Origin: Syntrophales bacterium
Lineage (GTDB): Bacteria > Desulfobacterota > Syntrophia > Syntrophales > UBA2210
Length of the DNA: 64,000 nucleotides
NCBI GenBank assembly: GCA_963666365.2
Contig: CAXXNF010000002.1
Coordinates: forward strand, 1,088,001-1,152,000
Reading direction: 5' to 3'
Part shown: positions 27,747 through 38,498 of the stretch, in pieces
Layout of the letters: each line of letters starts with the position of its first letter
Position numbering within the stretch: the stretch's first letter is position 1
Notes under the pieces: model-generated
Databases searched by the model: none
What the model was told of the DNA's origin: nothing
Seen by the model: the letters and a program-made list of their open reading frames with translations, nothing else
Position numbers and translations under genes: made by a program

Positions 27747-29058
27747 CGTTGCCGTTGCGACACTGGGCTGCAAAGTCAACTACTACGAATCGGCGGGAAT
27801 TATCGAAAGGCTGGCTGAACAAGGATATACCATAGTGCCATTTTCATCGGAAGCCGACATCTATATCGTCAATACCTGCACCGTGACGGCAAAAACCGAC
27901 TACCAGTCACGGCAGCTTGTGCGAAGAGCCGGGAAACGTAATCCCGAATCATCGATTATTGTTACCGGTTGTTATGCTCAGATTGCGCCGCAGGCGCTGG
28001 CGGAGCTTCCCGGCGTTGTCCTCGTGGCGGGGACGGAGGCAAAAGAACGGATTCCCGAGATTATAGGGACTCTTCGACATTCCGAGGCGGCACACAACAT
28101 TATTACTAGTGATATCAGTCAGGTGCGGAGGTTTTCGGGACTTCCCGTCACGGGATTTCACGGCCGGACGCGGGCCTATCTCAAGATTCAGGACGGCTGC
28201 AATGCCTTTTGCAGTTACTGCATTATTCCCTACGCCCGCGGACCGAGTCGCAGCCTGCCGCCGGATCGGGTGATCGAAGCGGTCCATTCTTTACAGCATG
28301 CGGGCTATCGTGAAGTGATTCTTACAGGCATTCATCTCGGACTCTATGGGAATGATCTCGATCCCCGACTTACTCTTGCTTCGTTGATCCGAAGAATTGA
28401 GGGAGAAACATCGCTGGAGAGATTACGTATAAGTTCAATAGAGCCGATGGAGGTAACGAATTCTTTAATCGACACCATTGCAACTTCTTCTATTACCTGC
28501 CATCATCTTCACATCCCGCTGCAAAGCGGCGATGAACGCGTGCTCGCACGCATGAAGCGCACCTATACTGCTGAGGATTTTCGCGGGCATGTTATGAATA
28601 TCATGGAACGAATGCCGGATGTGGCCGTGGGCACCGACGTGATTACTGGGTTTCCCGGAGAAAGCGAAGAAGAATTTTGCAGGACCCTGTCCTTCATCGA
28701 CGCGTTGCCCCTTGCGTATCTTCACGTATTCCCCTATTCCACACGTCCCGGCACCCACGCCGCTGAAATGGCTGGGCAGATAAAGGAGTCCGTTAAAAAG
28801 AAACGGGCGAAAATCCTTCGGGAAAGAGGCATGGAAAAAAGACGAGCCTTTATTGCCCGCTTTATCGGTAATGAACTATCGGTTCTGGTGGAGGCAAAAA
28901 GCGACGGCGCCGGCGGAGGGCTGAAAGGTTTTTCCGACAACTATATTCCCACGCACATTGCCAACGGGGACAGGACACTTGTAAACCGGATCATTTCCGT
29001 AACGGCGGAACATTGTGAAGGAGAAATTCTCGTGGGAAGGATCAGGACACATGGATAA
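27739..29058 (+). CDS. mtaB: tRNA t6A37 methylthiotransferase
   Basis: TLGCKVN, NTCTVT, KIQDGCNAFCSYCIIP, HVFPYSTRPGT. Confidence 0.93.
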   Translation: MTSVAVATLGCKVNYYESAGIIERLAEQGYTIVPFSSEADIYIVNTCTVTAKTDYQSRQLVRRAGKRNPESSIIVTGCYAQIAPQALAELPGVVLVAGTEAKERIPEIIGTLRHSEAAHNIITSDISQVRRFSGLPVTGFHGRTRAYLKIQDGCNAFCSYCIIPYARGPSRSLPPDRVIEAVHSLQHAGYREVILTGIHLGLYGNDLDPRLTLASLIRRIEGETSLERLRISSIEPMEVTNSLIDTIATSSITCHHLHIPLQSGDERVLARMKRTYTAEDFRGHVMNIMERMPDVAVGTDVITGFPGESEEEFCRTLSFIDALPLAYLHVFPYSTRPGTHAAEMAGQIKESVKKKRAKILRERGMEKRRAFIARFIGNELSVLVEAKSDGAGGGLKGFSDNYIPTHIANGDRTLVNRIISVTAEHCEGEILVGRIRTHG

Positions 29059-29773
29059 AGAACGGAACGACGAGCTCAGAGCGCTTCAGGAGCGTATAGG
29101 ATATCTCTTTTCGGATGTCGCGCTCCTCGACACCGCGCTCACCCACACCTCTTTTGTGAATGAAAATCAGGGTCTTGGATATGCTGACAACGAACGACTT
29201 GAGTTTCTGGGCGATTCCGTGCTGCAGCTTTCCATAAGCGAGCTCCTCTTCGAGAGGTTCCCCGCTGCCCATGAAGGCACCCTCTCAAAGATCAGGGCAT
29301 CCCTGGTCACGGAACAGTCGCTCGCCGAAGTTGCCCTTTCATTCGGCATCGGACAGTGGCTCCTTCTCGGAAAGGGTGAAGATGGGTCGGGAGGAAGAGA
29401 AAAGCCATCCATCCTTGCCAATGCCTTCGAGGCAATTATCGCGGCGATCTTTCTCGACGGCGGGTATCAAAAAGTCAGGTCTGTCATGGCGACAATATTT
29501 GGTCCTCTCGTCGAACATTCCGAGGAAGAGCGCTTCTACCGCGATGCGAAATCCCATCTTCAGGAAATCTCTCAGGCGCGCTTTAAATTGATCCCGCATT
29601 ATGCACTCATTGAAGAGTACGGCCCTGATCACGACAAGACCTTTGAAATTGAAGTGACCATAGGATGCATTGCAAAAGAACGCGGTCTCGGAAAAAGCAA
29701 AAAGGAGGCCGAGCAGAAAGCGGCAACAAAGGCACTGGAATCACTTGCCGACGAAGGCTGCACAACCGGATGA
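29051..29773 (+). CDS. rnc: Ribonuclease III
   Basis: NERLEFLGDSVL; dsRBD with GPDHDKTF and GKSKKEAEQ. Confidence 0.97.
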   Translation: MDKERNDELRALQERIGYLFSDVALLDTALTHTSFVNENQGLGYADNERLEFLGDSVLQLSISELLFERFPAAHEGTLSKIRASLVTEQSLAEVALSFGIGQWLLLGKGEDGSGGREKPSILANAFEAIIAAIFLDGGYQKVRSVMATIFGPLVEHSEEERFYRDAKSHLQEISQARFKLIPHYALIEEYGPDHDKTFEIEVTIGCIAKERGLGKSKKEAEQKAATKALESLADEGCTTG

Positions 29774-30825
29774 AACGACTCATTGTACCCATATTCGTCA
29801 TGAACAGCGGCTGCCCGAATCGATGTGTCTTTTGCAACGAGCGGATTACCGCCGGTGATTTTCCCGACATGGTTACCCGGGATGAATTGAACGCTACCGT
29901 GGAAAGGTATCTCGCCGGCGCCAGGAAGGAACGCTACGACACAGTACAAATTGCCTTTTACGGCGGCAATTTTACCGGCATGACATATTCCTCCCAGGAA
30001 AGGCTCCTCCGGTATGCCCTCCCCTACATCGAAAAGGGGATTGTCTCTTCAATCAGAATATCAACACGGCCCGACTGGATCGATGCTCGCTGTCTCAATT
30101 TTCTCAAGGCCCATCATGTACGCACCGTTGAAATCGGCGCACAGTCCCTTGACGATGAAGTCCTTGCACTATCAAAGCGGGGGCATACTGCGTCCCAGGT
30201 AAAAAGCGCGGTTGCCCTGCTCAAGTCCGGGGGATTTGAAACGGGCGTACACCTGATGGCGGGCCTTCCCGGTGACTCGAAAGACCGTTTTTACCGAACC
30301 GTTTCCGAGACAATCGCCTTTCGCCCCGACACGGTACGAATTCATCCAACCCTTGTATTAAGGGGCACCGTCCTCGCCGACCGGTATGAGCGCGGTCTCT
30401 ATCGGACGCTCTCTCTCAACGAGGCAGTCGACTGGTGCAAGGATGCCCTCCGTCGCTTCAAAGCGGCGGGCATTCTCGTGATAAGAGTCGGGCTCCACCC
30501 CACCGATGAGATGGTCCGGGGTGAAAATGTCATTGCCGGTCCTTTCCACCCCGCCTTTCGATCGCTCGTCGAAAGCGCCCTTTTCCTCGATATGGCCTTA
30601 CAGCTCCTTAAGCATATGACACCTCGAATCAAATCAGTGTGTTTCTCAATTTCTCCGCACGACAGCTCCTACTTTCGGGGCATCAGAAACGTGAACATAG
30701 CCGCACTGGAAACACGCCTCCCCGGCACATCCCTTACCGTCAGAGAAGACCCTCTTCAGAAGAGAGACACCATAGCGATGTCGGCAGATGGAAGACGCTA
30801 TGAAACTGATTGTACGACGGCATAA
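29770..30825 (+). CDS. Radical SAM protein (Elp3-like)
   Basis: CPNRCVFC, AFYGGNFT, ISTRPD, GPFHPAF. Confidence 0.9.
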   Translation: MKRLIVPIFVMNSGCPNRCVFCNERITAGDFPDMVTRDELNATVERYLAGARKERYDTVQIAFYGGNFTGMTYSSQERLLRYALPYIEKGIVSSIRISTRPDWIDARCLNFLKAHHVRTVEIGAQSLDDEVLALSKRGHTASQVKSAVALLKSGGFETGVHLMAGLPGDSKDRFYRTVSETIAFRPDTVRIHPTLVLRGTVLADRYERGLYRTLSLNEAVDWCKDALRRFKAAGILVIRVGLHPTDEMVRGENVIAGPFHPAFRSLVESALFLDMALQLLKHMTPRIKSVCFSISPHDSSYFRGIRNVNIAALETRLPGTSLTVREDPLQKRDTIAMSADGRRYETDCTTA

Positions 30826-31034
30826 TGAGATTTCTCAACCACCGTCTGCAGCAGATGAAATCTCTCTTGTACACGGCGTTTCCGGTTGGGTCCGCACATG
30901 ACGGGATGTCAGAAATGACTATGTAATATAATTAGTTATTATATAGATATAATATAATGCTTGACAGGCGGCACTCATCCAATTAGTAGACATAACTCAC
31001 TACATTTCATCAAATCAGAAAAAGGAGAACTATC

Positions 31035-31910
31035 ATGACTATGGAAACGCATAAAATCACTGTATCCAGAGGGACATTCAACCTCCGGGACCGGGGTAAT
31101 CAGGACGGATACCCCGTCATCATGCTCCATGGATGGCCTGAGAGTTCTTATTGCTGGGAGGGTGTGACCTCCTTTCTGGATAAGTATCTGCGTGTCATCG
31201 CCCCCGATTTGCGAGGCCTGGGCGAAAGCGAGCGTACACTGGACGTCAAGGCCTATCAAAAATTGGAACTGGCCAAGGACATAATCGAAGTCATAGATTC
31301 TCTTGGGATTAGCGATTTCTACCTTGTCGGCCATGACTGGGGCGGCATCGTGGCCCAGGAGCTGGCGTTTCTTATTCCCGATCGGGTAAAGAAATTCGTC
31401 ATAATGAATATTCCCATCCTGACCAATGCCAAGGGCGCCGCTGAAGTTGAAAAGGCAATGATCGCCATGCGATTCATCCCGTACTGGTATCAATATTTTC
31501 AGATGCAGCCGGGGCTTCCGGAAGCCATGATCAAAGGCAACGAACGCACGTGGATAAGTTATTTTTATGGAAAAAAAGGCAAGGAGGGCGCCATTCCGAA
31601 AGAGGCCATTGAGGAACATATCCGTTGTTACCGCATTGAAAATACACCGGCCACAGGCGCATCCTACTATAGGGCAATGTTCACCCTGGACGCTCCGCAC
31701 TGGGCGACACTTGCCGGAAAGAGATTTTCGATGCCTTCGCTCTATATCTACGGGAATGAAGATTCTGTTATTATTCCTGCAAACATCACCTACCTGGAAG
31801 ATTGCTTTGATTCGATCAGGGTAGAACAAGTAAAGGCGGCTCATTTTCTTCAGGAAGAAAAGCCCCGCGAGGTCGCCGAATTGATGAACGCATTTTTAAG
31901 GGAGAAATAA
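31035..31910 (+). CDS. Alpha/beta hydrolase (epoxide hydrolase-like)
   Basis: HGWPE, APDLRGLG, GHDWGG, AHFLQEEKP. Confidence 0.9.
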   Translation: MTMETHKITVSRGTFNLRDRGNQDGYPVIMLHGWPESSYCWEGVTSFLDKYLRVIAPDLRGLGESERTLDVKAYQKLELAKDIIEVIDSLGISDFYLVGHDWGGIVAQELAFLIPDRVKKFVIMNIPILTNAKGAAEVEKAMIAMRFIPYWYQYFQMQPGLPEAMIKGNERTWISYFYGKKGKEGAIPKEAIEEHIRCYRIENTPATGASYYRAMFTLDAPHWATLAGKRFSMPSLYIYGNEDSVIIPANITYLEDCFDSIRVEQVKAAHFLQEEKPREVAELMNAFLREK

Positions 31911-31912
31911 TC

Positions 31913-32299
31913 ATGTCCGGTATTGAGTCGAATAAAGATCAATTTAAAAAATTGGAAGCCAACCCCAACGAAGAGCCCTTTGTTATGTTAAATCTTCTGA
32001 AATTCAAGAAGGAAGGCGGCAGGGATTCTTATTTTCGGTATATCAAGGAATCCGGTCCCTATGTCGAGGGAGTCGGCGCCAAGGTGTTGTATTTCGGAAA
32101 AGCCAATGAGCTGCTTCAGGGAACGGAAGATTGGGATATCTTGATGCTTGTTCAGTATCCGTCACGCAAGGCGTTTCTTAAAATGGCCAACGATCCGGGC
32201 TACCTCAAGGTTCATGAATCCCGCGAGATCGCTTTGGAACGGGCCGTACTCTATGCGACAGACCCGGTGAAATTCAAAGCAATCTTTACTGAAAAATAA
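31913..32299 (+). CDS. DUF1330-like protein
   Basis: PFVMLNLLKF, WDILMLVQYPSRKAF. Confidence 0.8.
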   Translation: MSGIESNKDQFKKLEANPNEEPFVMLNLLKFKKEGGRDSYFRYIKESGPYVEGVGAKVLYFGKANELLQGTEDWDILMLVQYPSRKAFLKMANDPGYLKVHESREIALERAVLYATDPVKFKAIFTEK

Positions 32300-32372
32300 T
32301 GGAAGCGCAGTTATGTTTCCGGCTGAAAATCTTTATGATAGATGATGGAAACTATTACAAGGGAGGCTAAAT

Positions 32373-34181
32373 ATGGCAGGCGAATTTGATATGAACAGCG
32401 CGTACGACAATCCTAACAATTTGGTCGATTTATTCGAGCAAAGCGTGGTCAAGTATCCAAACAACCGGCTTTTCGGAACCAAGAATCCGGCCTCCGATCA
32501 GTATGAGTGGGTAACCTTCAAACAGGTGGCCGCACGGGTCGACAACCTGAGGGGCGGCCTGAATACACTCGGGTTGGAAAAAGGCGAGAAAGTCGGCGTC
32601 ATTCTCAACAACTGCACGGAATGGTTTATATGCGAGCAGGCGGTACATGGCCTGGGCGGGGTACTGGTCCCCATGTATCTGCAGGAACTACCCAAAGTCA
32701 TTCAGTATATTGTTGCCGATGCTGAAGTGAAGTATTTGTTCGTCCGCGATATCGGCGTTTACGAAAAAATAAAGAATTTTAAAGGAGAAATTCCCACGCT
32801 CAAGGATATTTTCCTGGTCTGCGGCGAGGGTGAAAATTCCATGAACGCCCTGGAAGAAACGGGCAAAAACAATCCTGCGCCGTCCATCCAGCCTTCATGG
32901 TCGGATCTGGCCAACATCGTCTATACCTCGGGCACTACAGGCGATCCTAAGGGCGTGATGCTTTCTCACGGAAGTCTGACCTTATGTGCGCGATGCGGTG
33001 TTGACATGTTTGGTCTAGACGAAGCCATGCATGTCGTGGCGATTCTTCCCTGGGCGCATGTCTTTGGCCTTTCCGCCGATCTCCACGACTACATCCACTG
33101 CGGAGGCGGCATCGCCTTTGCCGAATCGGTCGACAAGCTGGTCCAGAACTTTCAGGAAGTGAAACCCACGGGACTCTCCGTCGTTCCCCGTATTGTGAAT
33201 AAAATCTATGATACCGTTCAAAAGGGTGTAGCCGCCGACCCGACCAAGAAGCAGTTTTTCGACGCGGCCATAGCGGAGGCGGTAAAGAATCGGGATCTGC
33301 CTGAAAAAACAAAAGAATTCAAAGATTACGATGCATTGGTCTTTTCCCAGGTCCGCAATGTCTTCGGCGGCAATCTGAAATTCTTCGTCACCGGCAGCGC
33401 ATTGATGAAACCGGAAATCGCACTCTTTTTTAAAGATATCGGTCAACCGACCTTTGACGGCTACGGGCTCACGGAAACGGGACCCACACTTGCCATGAAC
33501 TCGCCCAAATACGGCAACAAATACGGCACAGTGGGAAAAGTCGTAAAGAACATGCATGTGGTGATCGACAAGTCGCGCGTGGGCGAGGACAGCATCGACG
33601 GTGAAATTATCGCCTACGGCGCGCACGTGATGATGGGCTATCACAATAAACCCGAGCAGACGGCAGAAGTCATGATGGCTGATACATGGAACGGCTTTCC
33701 CGGCATCCGCACCGGAGACAGGGGCTGGATCGACGAGGAGGGCTATCTCCATATCACCGGCCGCTTCAAGGATGAATACAAACTGGCCAACGGCAAATAT
33801 GTGCATCCCGAAGGTATCGAAAACGAAGCGAAACTGCTCGGCTATATTTCGAACATCATGCTCTACGGCGACGGCAAGGATTATAATGTGGCCATCGTTG
33901 TTCCCGACTTTGCCGAACTTAAGGCGAACCCAAGCATCAAGCCTCTCCTGAAAGAGACGCTGAAAGATTCGCTCACGGAAAAGGCGCTGCAAGAGCGACT
34001 TTCCGAGGATATTATTGCCCATCTTCGCAAAACCTATGGCGGCTATGAAGTACCGCAGAAGTTCCTCTTCATTGCAGAAGATTTTACGGTGGAAAATGGC
34101 ACGCTGACCCAGACAATGAAACTCAAACGGCCCCTGGTGCTGAAAAAATATGGCGAAGAGCTGGAGGCCCTGTATACATAA
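32373..34181 (+). CDS. Long-chain fatty acid-CoA ligase
   Basis: YTSGTTGDPKG, GYGLTET, RTGDRG, TQTMKLKR. Confidence 0.93.
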   Translation: MAGEFDMNSAYDNPNNLVDLFEQSVVKYPNNRLFGTKNPASDQYEWVTFKQVAARVDNLRGGLNTLGLEKGEKVGVILNNCTEWFICEQAVHGLGGVLVPMYLQELPKVIQYIVADAEVKYLFVRDIGVYEKIKNFKGEIPTLKDIFLVCGEGENSMNALEETGKNNPAPSIQPSWSDLANIVYTSGTTGDPKGVMLSHGSLTLCARCGVDMFGLDEAMHVVAILPWAHVFGLSADLHDYIHCGGGIAFAESVDKLVQNFQEVKPTGLSVVPRIVNKIYDTVQKGVAADPTKKQFFDAAIAEAVKNRDLPEKTKEFKDYDALVFSQVRNVFGGNLKFFVTGSALMKPEIALFFKDIGQPTFDGYGLTETGPTLAMNSPKYGNKYGTVGKVVKNMHVVIDKSRVGEDSIDGEIIAYGAHVMMGYHNKPEQTAEVMMADTWNGFPGIRTGDRGWIDEEGYLHITGRFKDEYKLANGKYVHPEGIENEAKLLGYISNIMLYGDGKDYNVAIVVPDFAELKANPSIKPLLKETLKDSLTEKALQERLSEDIIAHLRKTYGGYEVPQKFLFIAEDFTVENGTLTQTMKLKRPLVLKKYGEELEALYT

Positions 34182-34247
34182 CATGCGCTAGTACTGTCAG
34201 TTTCTGCACATTAGGCCCCCTTTTCCGGAGGCGGGCACACAAGACAA

Positions 34248-34288
34248 CACACCCCTCCCTTTTACACAGGGCGGGGTGTATTTCTTTC
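34248..34288 (+). terminator. Putative intrinsic terminator
   Basis: acacccctccct-loop-agggcggggtgt followed by atttcttt. Confidence 0.5.
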
Positions 34289-34399
34289 CATGACGCACAA
34301 AATGATTTTTAATGATTATCCCGAATAAATCTGATACAAACTACCGTTCACATAACCTTTAAGTGCAGAACTCACAGGGAATCTGCAGGGAGAATCAGC

Positions 34400-35290
34400 G
34401 TGTTTAAATCAGGCTTCGTGGGCATAATCGGAAGACCCAATGTGGGGAAATCAACGCTCCTTAACACCATCATTGAAGAAAAGATCTCCATTACCGCCCA
34501 TAAACCCCAAACAACGAGAAACAGAATTACGGGCATCAAAAACGTCGAAAACGGTCAATTTGTGTTTATCGATACCCCGGGCATTCATAAGGGCACGTCG
34601 TCTCTCAACCACTACATGGTGACCACAGCCATCAATACCCTCTCAGATTCGGACTTGATTCTGTTTATCGTGGAAGCGCAAAGCGAACTCGATCAGAACG
34701 ACCGCTTTATCGTCGAAGTCCTTCGCGACATAGCAACACCGGTGATACTTGCGATCAACAAGATCGATCTGGTGAAAAAGGAATTGTTGCTTCCCATGAT
34801 CGATCGGTTGAAGGACCTCCATGCATTTCGAGAGATCATCCCGCTTTCCGCCGTCAAGGGGTTCAATGTCGACACATTGCTCGGGCAGATATGGAAGATT
34901 CTCCCCGAGGGCCCTCCTTATTTCCCCGAAGACATGATGACCGACGTGACCGAGCGGTTTCTCGCGCAGGAAATGATCAGGGAGAAAATCACCCTTCTCT
35001 CTCATCATGAGATTCCCTATTCCACGGCGGTAACCGTGGATACGTTCAAAGAAGACGAAACAAGAAATCTGATCAAAATTCAGGCCGCCATTACGGTGGC
35101 AAAAAAGTCACAGAAAGGCATCATCATCGGAAAGCAGGGGGCCATGTTGAAACGAATCGGCACACAGGCGCGACAGGATATGGAGCGCTTTTTCGGCGCC
35201 CGAGTGTACCTGGAGCTGTTTGTAAGGGTCAGCAAGGACTGGACGGACGATGCTCGCATGCTGTCTGAATTGGGGTACAAGATAAAATGA
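34400..35290 (+). CDS. era: GTPase Era
   Basis: GRPNVGKS, PQTTR, DTPG, NKID, KH domain IIIGKQG. Confidence 0.97.
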   Translation: MFKSGFVGIIGRPNVGKSTLLNTIIEEKISITAHKPQTTRNRITGIKNVENGQFVFIDTPGIHKGTSSLNHYMVTTAINTLSDSDLILFIVEAQSELDQNDRFIVEVLRDIATPVILAINKIDLVKKELLLPMIDRLKDLHAFREIIPLSAVKGFNVDTLLGQIWKILPEGPPYFPEDMMTDVTERFLAQEMIREKITLLSHHEIPYSTAVTVDTFKEDETRNLIKIQAAITVAKKSQKGIIIGKQGAMLKRIGTQARQDMERFFGARVYLELFVRVSKDWTDDARMLSELGYKIK

Positions 35291-36621
35291 AACCGATTGT
35301 GGCAATAGTGGGCAGGCCGAACGTGGGTAAATCCACCCTTTTCAACCGCCTCTCCGATACCAAAAAAACAATCGTCATCGATCAGCCCGGGGCCACCCGC
35401 GATCGAAATTACGGAGATGCATACTGGAACGGCAGAGATTTTATAGTTATCGATACCGGTGGTTTTGAACCGGTTTCCAAGGAACAGATGCTCGTACAGA
35501 TGCGCCGTCAAACGAATCTTGCCATAGAAGAGGCCGATGCCATTATATTTCTTCTTGACGGCCGGGAAGGCCTGACACCGTCCGATACGGAAATAGCCCA
35601 TCTTCTGAGAAAAACAGAGAAGCCGGTTTTTTATGCCGTGAACAAGACCGACAATGCAGCACAGGAAGCGCAGGCCTACGATTTTTACCGCCTCGGGATC
35701 GATAAGCTCTATCCTGTATCTTCACAGCATGGTCTCGGCGTCGCGGACATGATGGATGACGTGGTGGCGGCGCTTCCGGAGCGGGACGAAACGGAAGAGG
35801 AACTGCCTACAGAGGAAAGAATAAGAATCGCCGTAATTGGAAAGCCGAATGTGGGCAAATCATCGCTCATCAACAAAATCCTCGGTTATGAACGGACGGT
35901 GGTCACCCCCATCCCCGGCACCACCAGGGATACCGTGGACACTCCTTTCGAGATGGGGGACAGGAAGTTTACCCTCATTGACACGGCGGGTATCAGGAAA
36001 AAAAGTAAAATCAGTCTCAAGCTGGAACAGTACAGCGTGGTGGAAGTCATGAAGACTCTGGACCGATGCGACATCGCGCTGATAATGATCGATGCCGGGG
36101 AGGGGGTGACCGATCAGGATACAAAGATTGCCGGTCTTGCCCATGAGCGCGGCGTAGCAAGCATTCTTATTATTAATAAGTGGGACCTGATAGAAAAGGA
36201 CAACACCACAATCGGCGCCTATGTACGGCATGTGAAAGACAGTCTCAAATATCTCGACTTTGCGCCGATTCTTTCCATTTCGGCACTCACGGGACAGCGG
36301 GTCCAGAAAATCTTCGACCTCGTGGAAAGGGTGTACGACCAGTACACCAAGCGAATCACCACGGCGCAGTTAAATCTCAAACTTGCCGAATTCGTGCAAC
36401 GTATGCCGCCTCCCCGATACCGACAGAGGGCCAACAGCCTTGTCTATGCAACACAGGCATCAATCAAGCCGCCTACGTTCATCATTTTTGCCAAGGAACC
36501 AAAGGCAATTCATTTTTCTTACGAGCGATATCTCATGAACAGACTGCGTGAAGAATGTTCCTTTGAGTACACGCCCCTTCGAATAAAATTCAGAAAAAAA
36601 GAAGGTAAGGAAAAAGGATAA
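35287..36621 (+). CDS. der: Ribosome biogenesis GTPase Der (EngA)
   Basis: Two tandem G domains (GRPNVGKS, GKPNVGKS). Confidence 0.97.
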   Translation: MKPIVAIVGRPNVGKSTLFNRLSDTKKTIVIDQPGATRDRNYGDAYWNGRDFIVIDTGGFEPVSKEQMLVQMRRQTNLAIEEADAIIFLLDGREGLTPSDTEIAHLLRKTEKPVFYAVNKTDNAAQEAQAYDFYRLGIDKLYPVSSQHGLGVADMMDDVVAALPERDETEEELPTEERIRIAVIGKPNVGKSSLINKILGYERTVVTPIPGTTRDTVDTPFEMGDRKFTLIDTAGIRKKSKISLKLEQYSVVEVMKTLDRCDIALIMIDAGEGVTDQDTKIAGLAHERGVASILIINKWDLIEKDNTTIGAYVRHVKDSLKYLDFAPILSISALTGQRVQKIFDLVERVYDQYTKRITTAQLNLKLAEFVQRMPPPRYRQRANSLVYATQASIKPPTFIIFAKEPKAIHFSYERYLMNRLREECSFEYTPLRIKFRKKEGKEKG

Positions 36622-36625
36622 ACTT

Positions 36626-37789
36626 ATGCCGGGAAAAGTCGCTGCACTCACAGGCGCCTGTATCGCACTGCTGATTATGATCAGGGCACTGCCCTCGACA
36701 GCCGCCGAATGGCCCGATGCACTCAGGATAGGCATATACCTGCCCATGACAGGCCCTGCCTCCGACTCGGGCCGTAAGCTTTATGCAGGAATTTCCATCG
36801 CCCATGAAACAAAACCCGCCCTGGCTGAGGGTGTTTCTGTTGAGCTGGCGCTTATCGACACGGCAGGAGACGTGAAGCAATCGCTGGAAGCGGTCAGAAC
36901 GCTTCTCAATGAAAATAAAGTGTGCGTAGTTATCGGCGAGGCCGGAGAAAGAACTACCAGGGCTGCAAGCATAATCACCGAACAGCGGAAAATTCCTATG
37001 ATAACCCCCGCCGTCACATCATCGAATCTCACGGAATCGAGAAATTATCTGTTCCGCACCTGTGTTTCCGATGCCTTTCAGGTTCACACCATCGCGCGTT
37101 ATGCCCTCGAAACGCTTGAAGCCCGCAGGGCTTCCATACTCATTGATATCACCAGCGAGGCCAGCATAAATATGGCGGAGAGCTTCAAAAATAGTTATAC
37201 GGAAAAGGGCGGCGCCGTTGCTTCGCTTGCCTATTGCGCATCCGGCGATCAAGATTTCACCCTGCAGATTTCTTCTTTCATGGCTTCGAAGCCGGACTTT
37301 CTGTTCCTCCCCCTTTCTTACCCCGAAGTGATCGGATTCAACAAAAAGGCCCGGGAACTTGGTTTTACCCTGCCGACCTTTATACTTCCCGGCGCCGATC
37401 CGAGCCTGCTTGTTGCGAAAGGGGGAAATTCCCTGGAAGGCATCATGTTTTTGGCTCATTTCAGTCCCGATGCGTCCGCAAGCGAGCGGGACAAGGCCTA
37501 TACGGATGAGTTCAAGAAAAAGAAGGGGTACCGCCCGGGAATACTGGAAATTCTGGGCGCCGATGCCTATTTTGTGGTGCTGGACGCCGCTGAGCGGGCA
37601 CAGTCCGCGGATGGGAAGGACATAAAAAACGCCCTTGCACACACCCGCCAATTCCCCGGACTGTCCGGCCCGATTTCACTTGGAAAGGACGGGAATGCAC
37701 ACAAAAGCTCCTTTCTTGTTCAGATCAAAGAGGGCCAGCTTAAATACTTGAAAACAGTGGGGGCTCAATTGGCGGAGCAGGGCAATTAA
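36626..37789 (+). CDS. Branched-chain amino acid-type ABC substrate-binding protein
   Basis: Signal peptide, IGIYLPMTG, YLFRTCVSD, DQDFTLQI. Confidence 0.88.
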   Translation: MPGKVAALTGACIALLIMIRALPSTAAEWPDALRIGIYLPMTGPASDSGRKLYAGISIAHETKPALAEGVSVELALIDTAGDVKQSLEAVRTLLNENKVCVVIGEAGERTTRAASIITEQRKIPMITPAVTSSNLTESRNYLFRTCVSDAFQVHTIARYALETLEARRASILIDITSEASINMAESFKNSYTEKGGAVASLAYCASGDQDFTLQISSFMASKPDFLFLPLSYPEVIGFNKKARELGFTLPTFILPGADPSLLVAKGGNSLEGIMFLAHFSPDASASERDKAYTDEFKKKKGYRPGILEILGADAYFVVLDAAERAQSADGKDIKNALAHTRQFPGLSGPISLGKDGNAHKSSFLVQIKEGQLKYLKTVGAQLAEQGN

Positions 37790-37790
37790 T

Positions 37791-38498
37791 CTATACTCCC
37801 AGGTAGGCTTTCCTCACTGCTTCATTTTCCAGAAGATTCTCTGCGGAATCGGAAAAAGCCACGACCCCGTTTTCAATCACGTACCCTCTGTGTGCCACCT
37901 TTAAGGCAAGATGTGCGTTCTGTTCGACGAGAAAAATCGTCGTCTTCTGTTCACTGTTTATTTTTTTAATGATATCGAATATCTGCCTTACCACGAGCGG
38001 CGCAAGCCCCAGCGACGGCTCGTCAAGCAGAAGGAGACGGGGGTTCGCCATTATAGCCCTCGAAATGGCAAGCATCTGCTGTTCACCGCCGGAAAGAGTC
38101 CCCCCCGCCTGATGTCTTCTCTGCGCCAGAATCGGGAAAAGGTGAAACACATATTCCATATCCCTCTTGACCTGTATCGCGTCCCTCCTCAGAAAGGCGC
38201 CCATATCCAGATTTTCCACTACCGACAGATGGGGAAATATATGTCGTCCTTCGGGAACCTGGCAGATGCCGCGCGACACGATCTCGTGGGGCGCCAATTC
38301 ATGTATCGGCTCTCCCATAAAAATAATCTCTCCCGAACGGGGCGGCGCCACGCCGCAAATTGACATCAGTGTCGTCGATTTTCCGGCCCCGTTTGCCCCT
38401 ATGAGCGTTATCATTTCCCCTTCCGGTATTTCTATAGAAACTCCCTTGAGCGCCTCGATGCCCCCATAAAAGGTATGTATGTCCCGCAACTCAAGCAT
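37791..38498 (-). CDS. livF: BCAA ABC ATPase LivF
   Basis: GANGAGKS, VPEGR, LSGGEQQMLA, LVEQN. Confidence 0.95.
   Translation of the reverse strand: MLELRDIHTFYGGIEALKGVSIEIPEGEMITLIGANGAGKSTTLMSICGVAPPRSGEIIFMGEPIHELAPHEIVSRGICQVPEGRHIFPHLSVVENLDMGAFLRRDAIQVKRDMEYVFHLFPILAQRRHQAGGTLSGGEQQMLAISRAIMANPRLLLLDEPSLGLAPLVVRQIFDIIKKINSEQKTTIFLVEQNAHLALKVAHRGYVIENGVVAFSDSAENLLENEAVRKAYLGV

Noticed and set aside
33015..34184. 389-aa minus-strand ORF
   Set aside because: Antisense shadow of the acyl-CoA ligase
30845..34388. TCTGCAG at both sides of the lipid cassette as a target-site duplication
   Set aside because: Only 7 bp, plausible by chance, and no mobility gene is present
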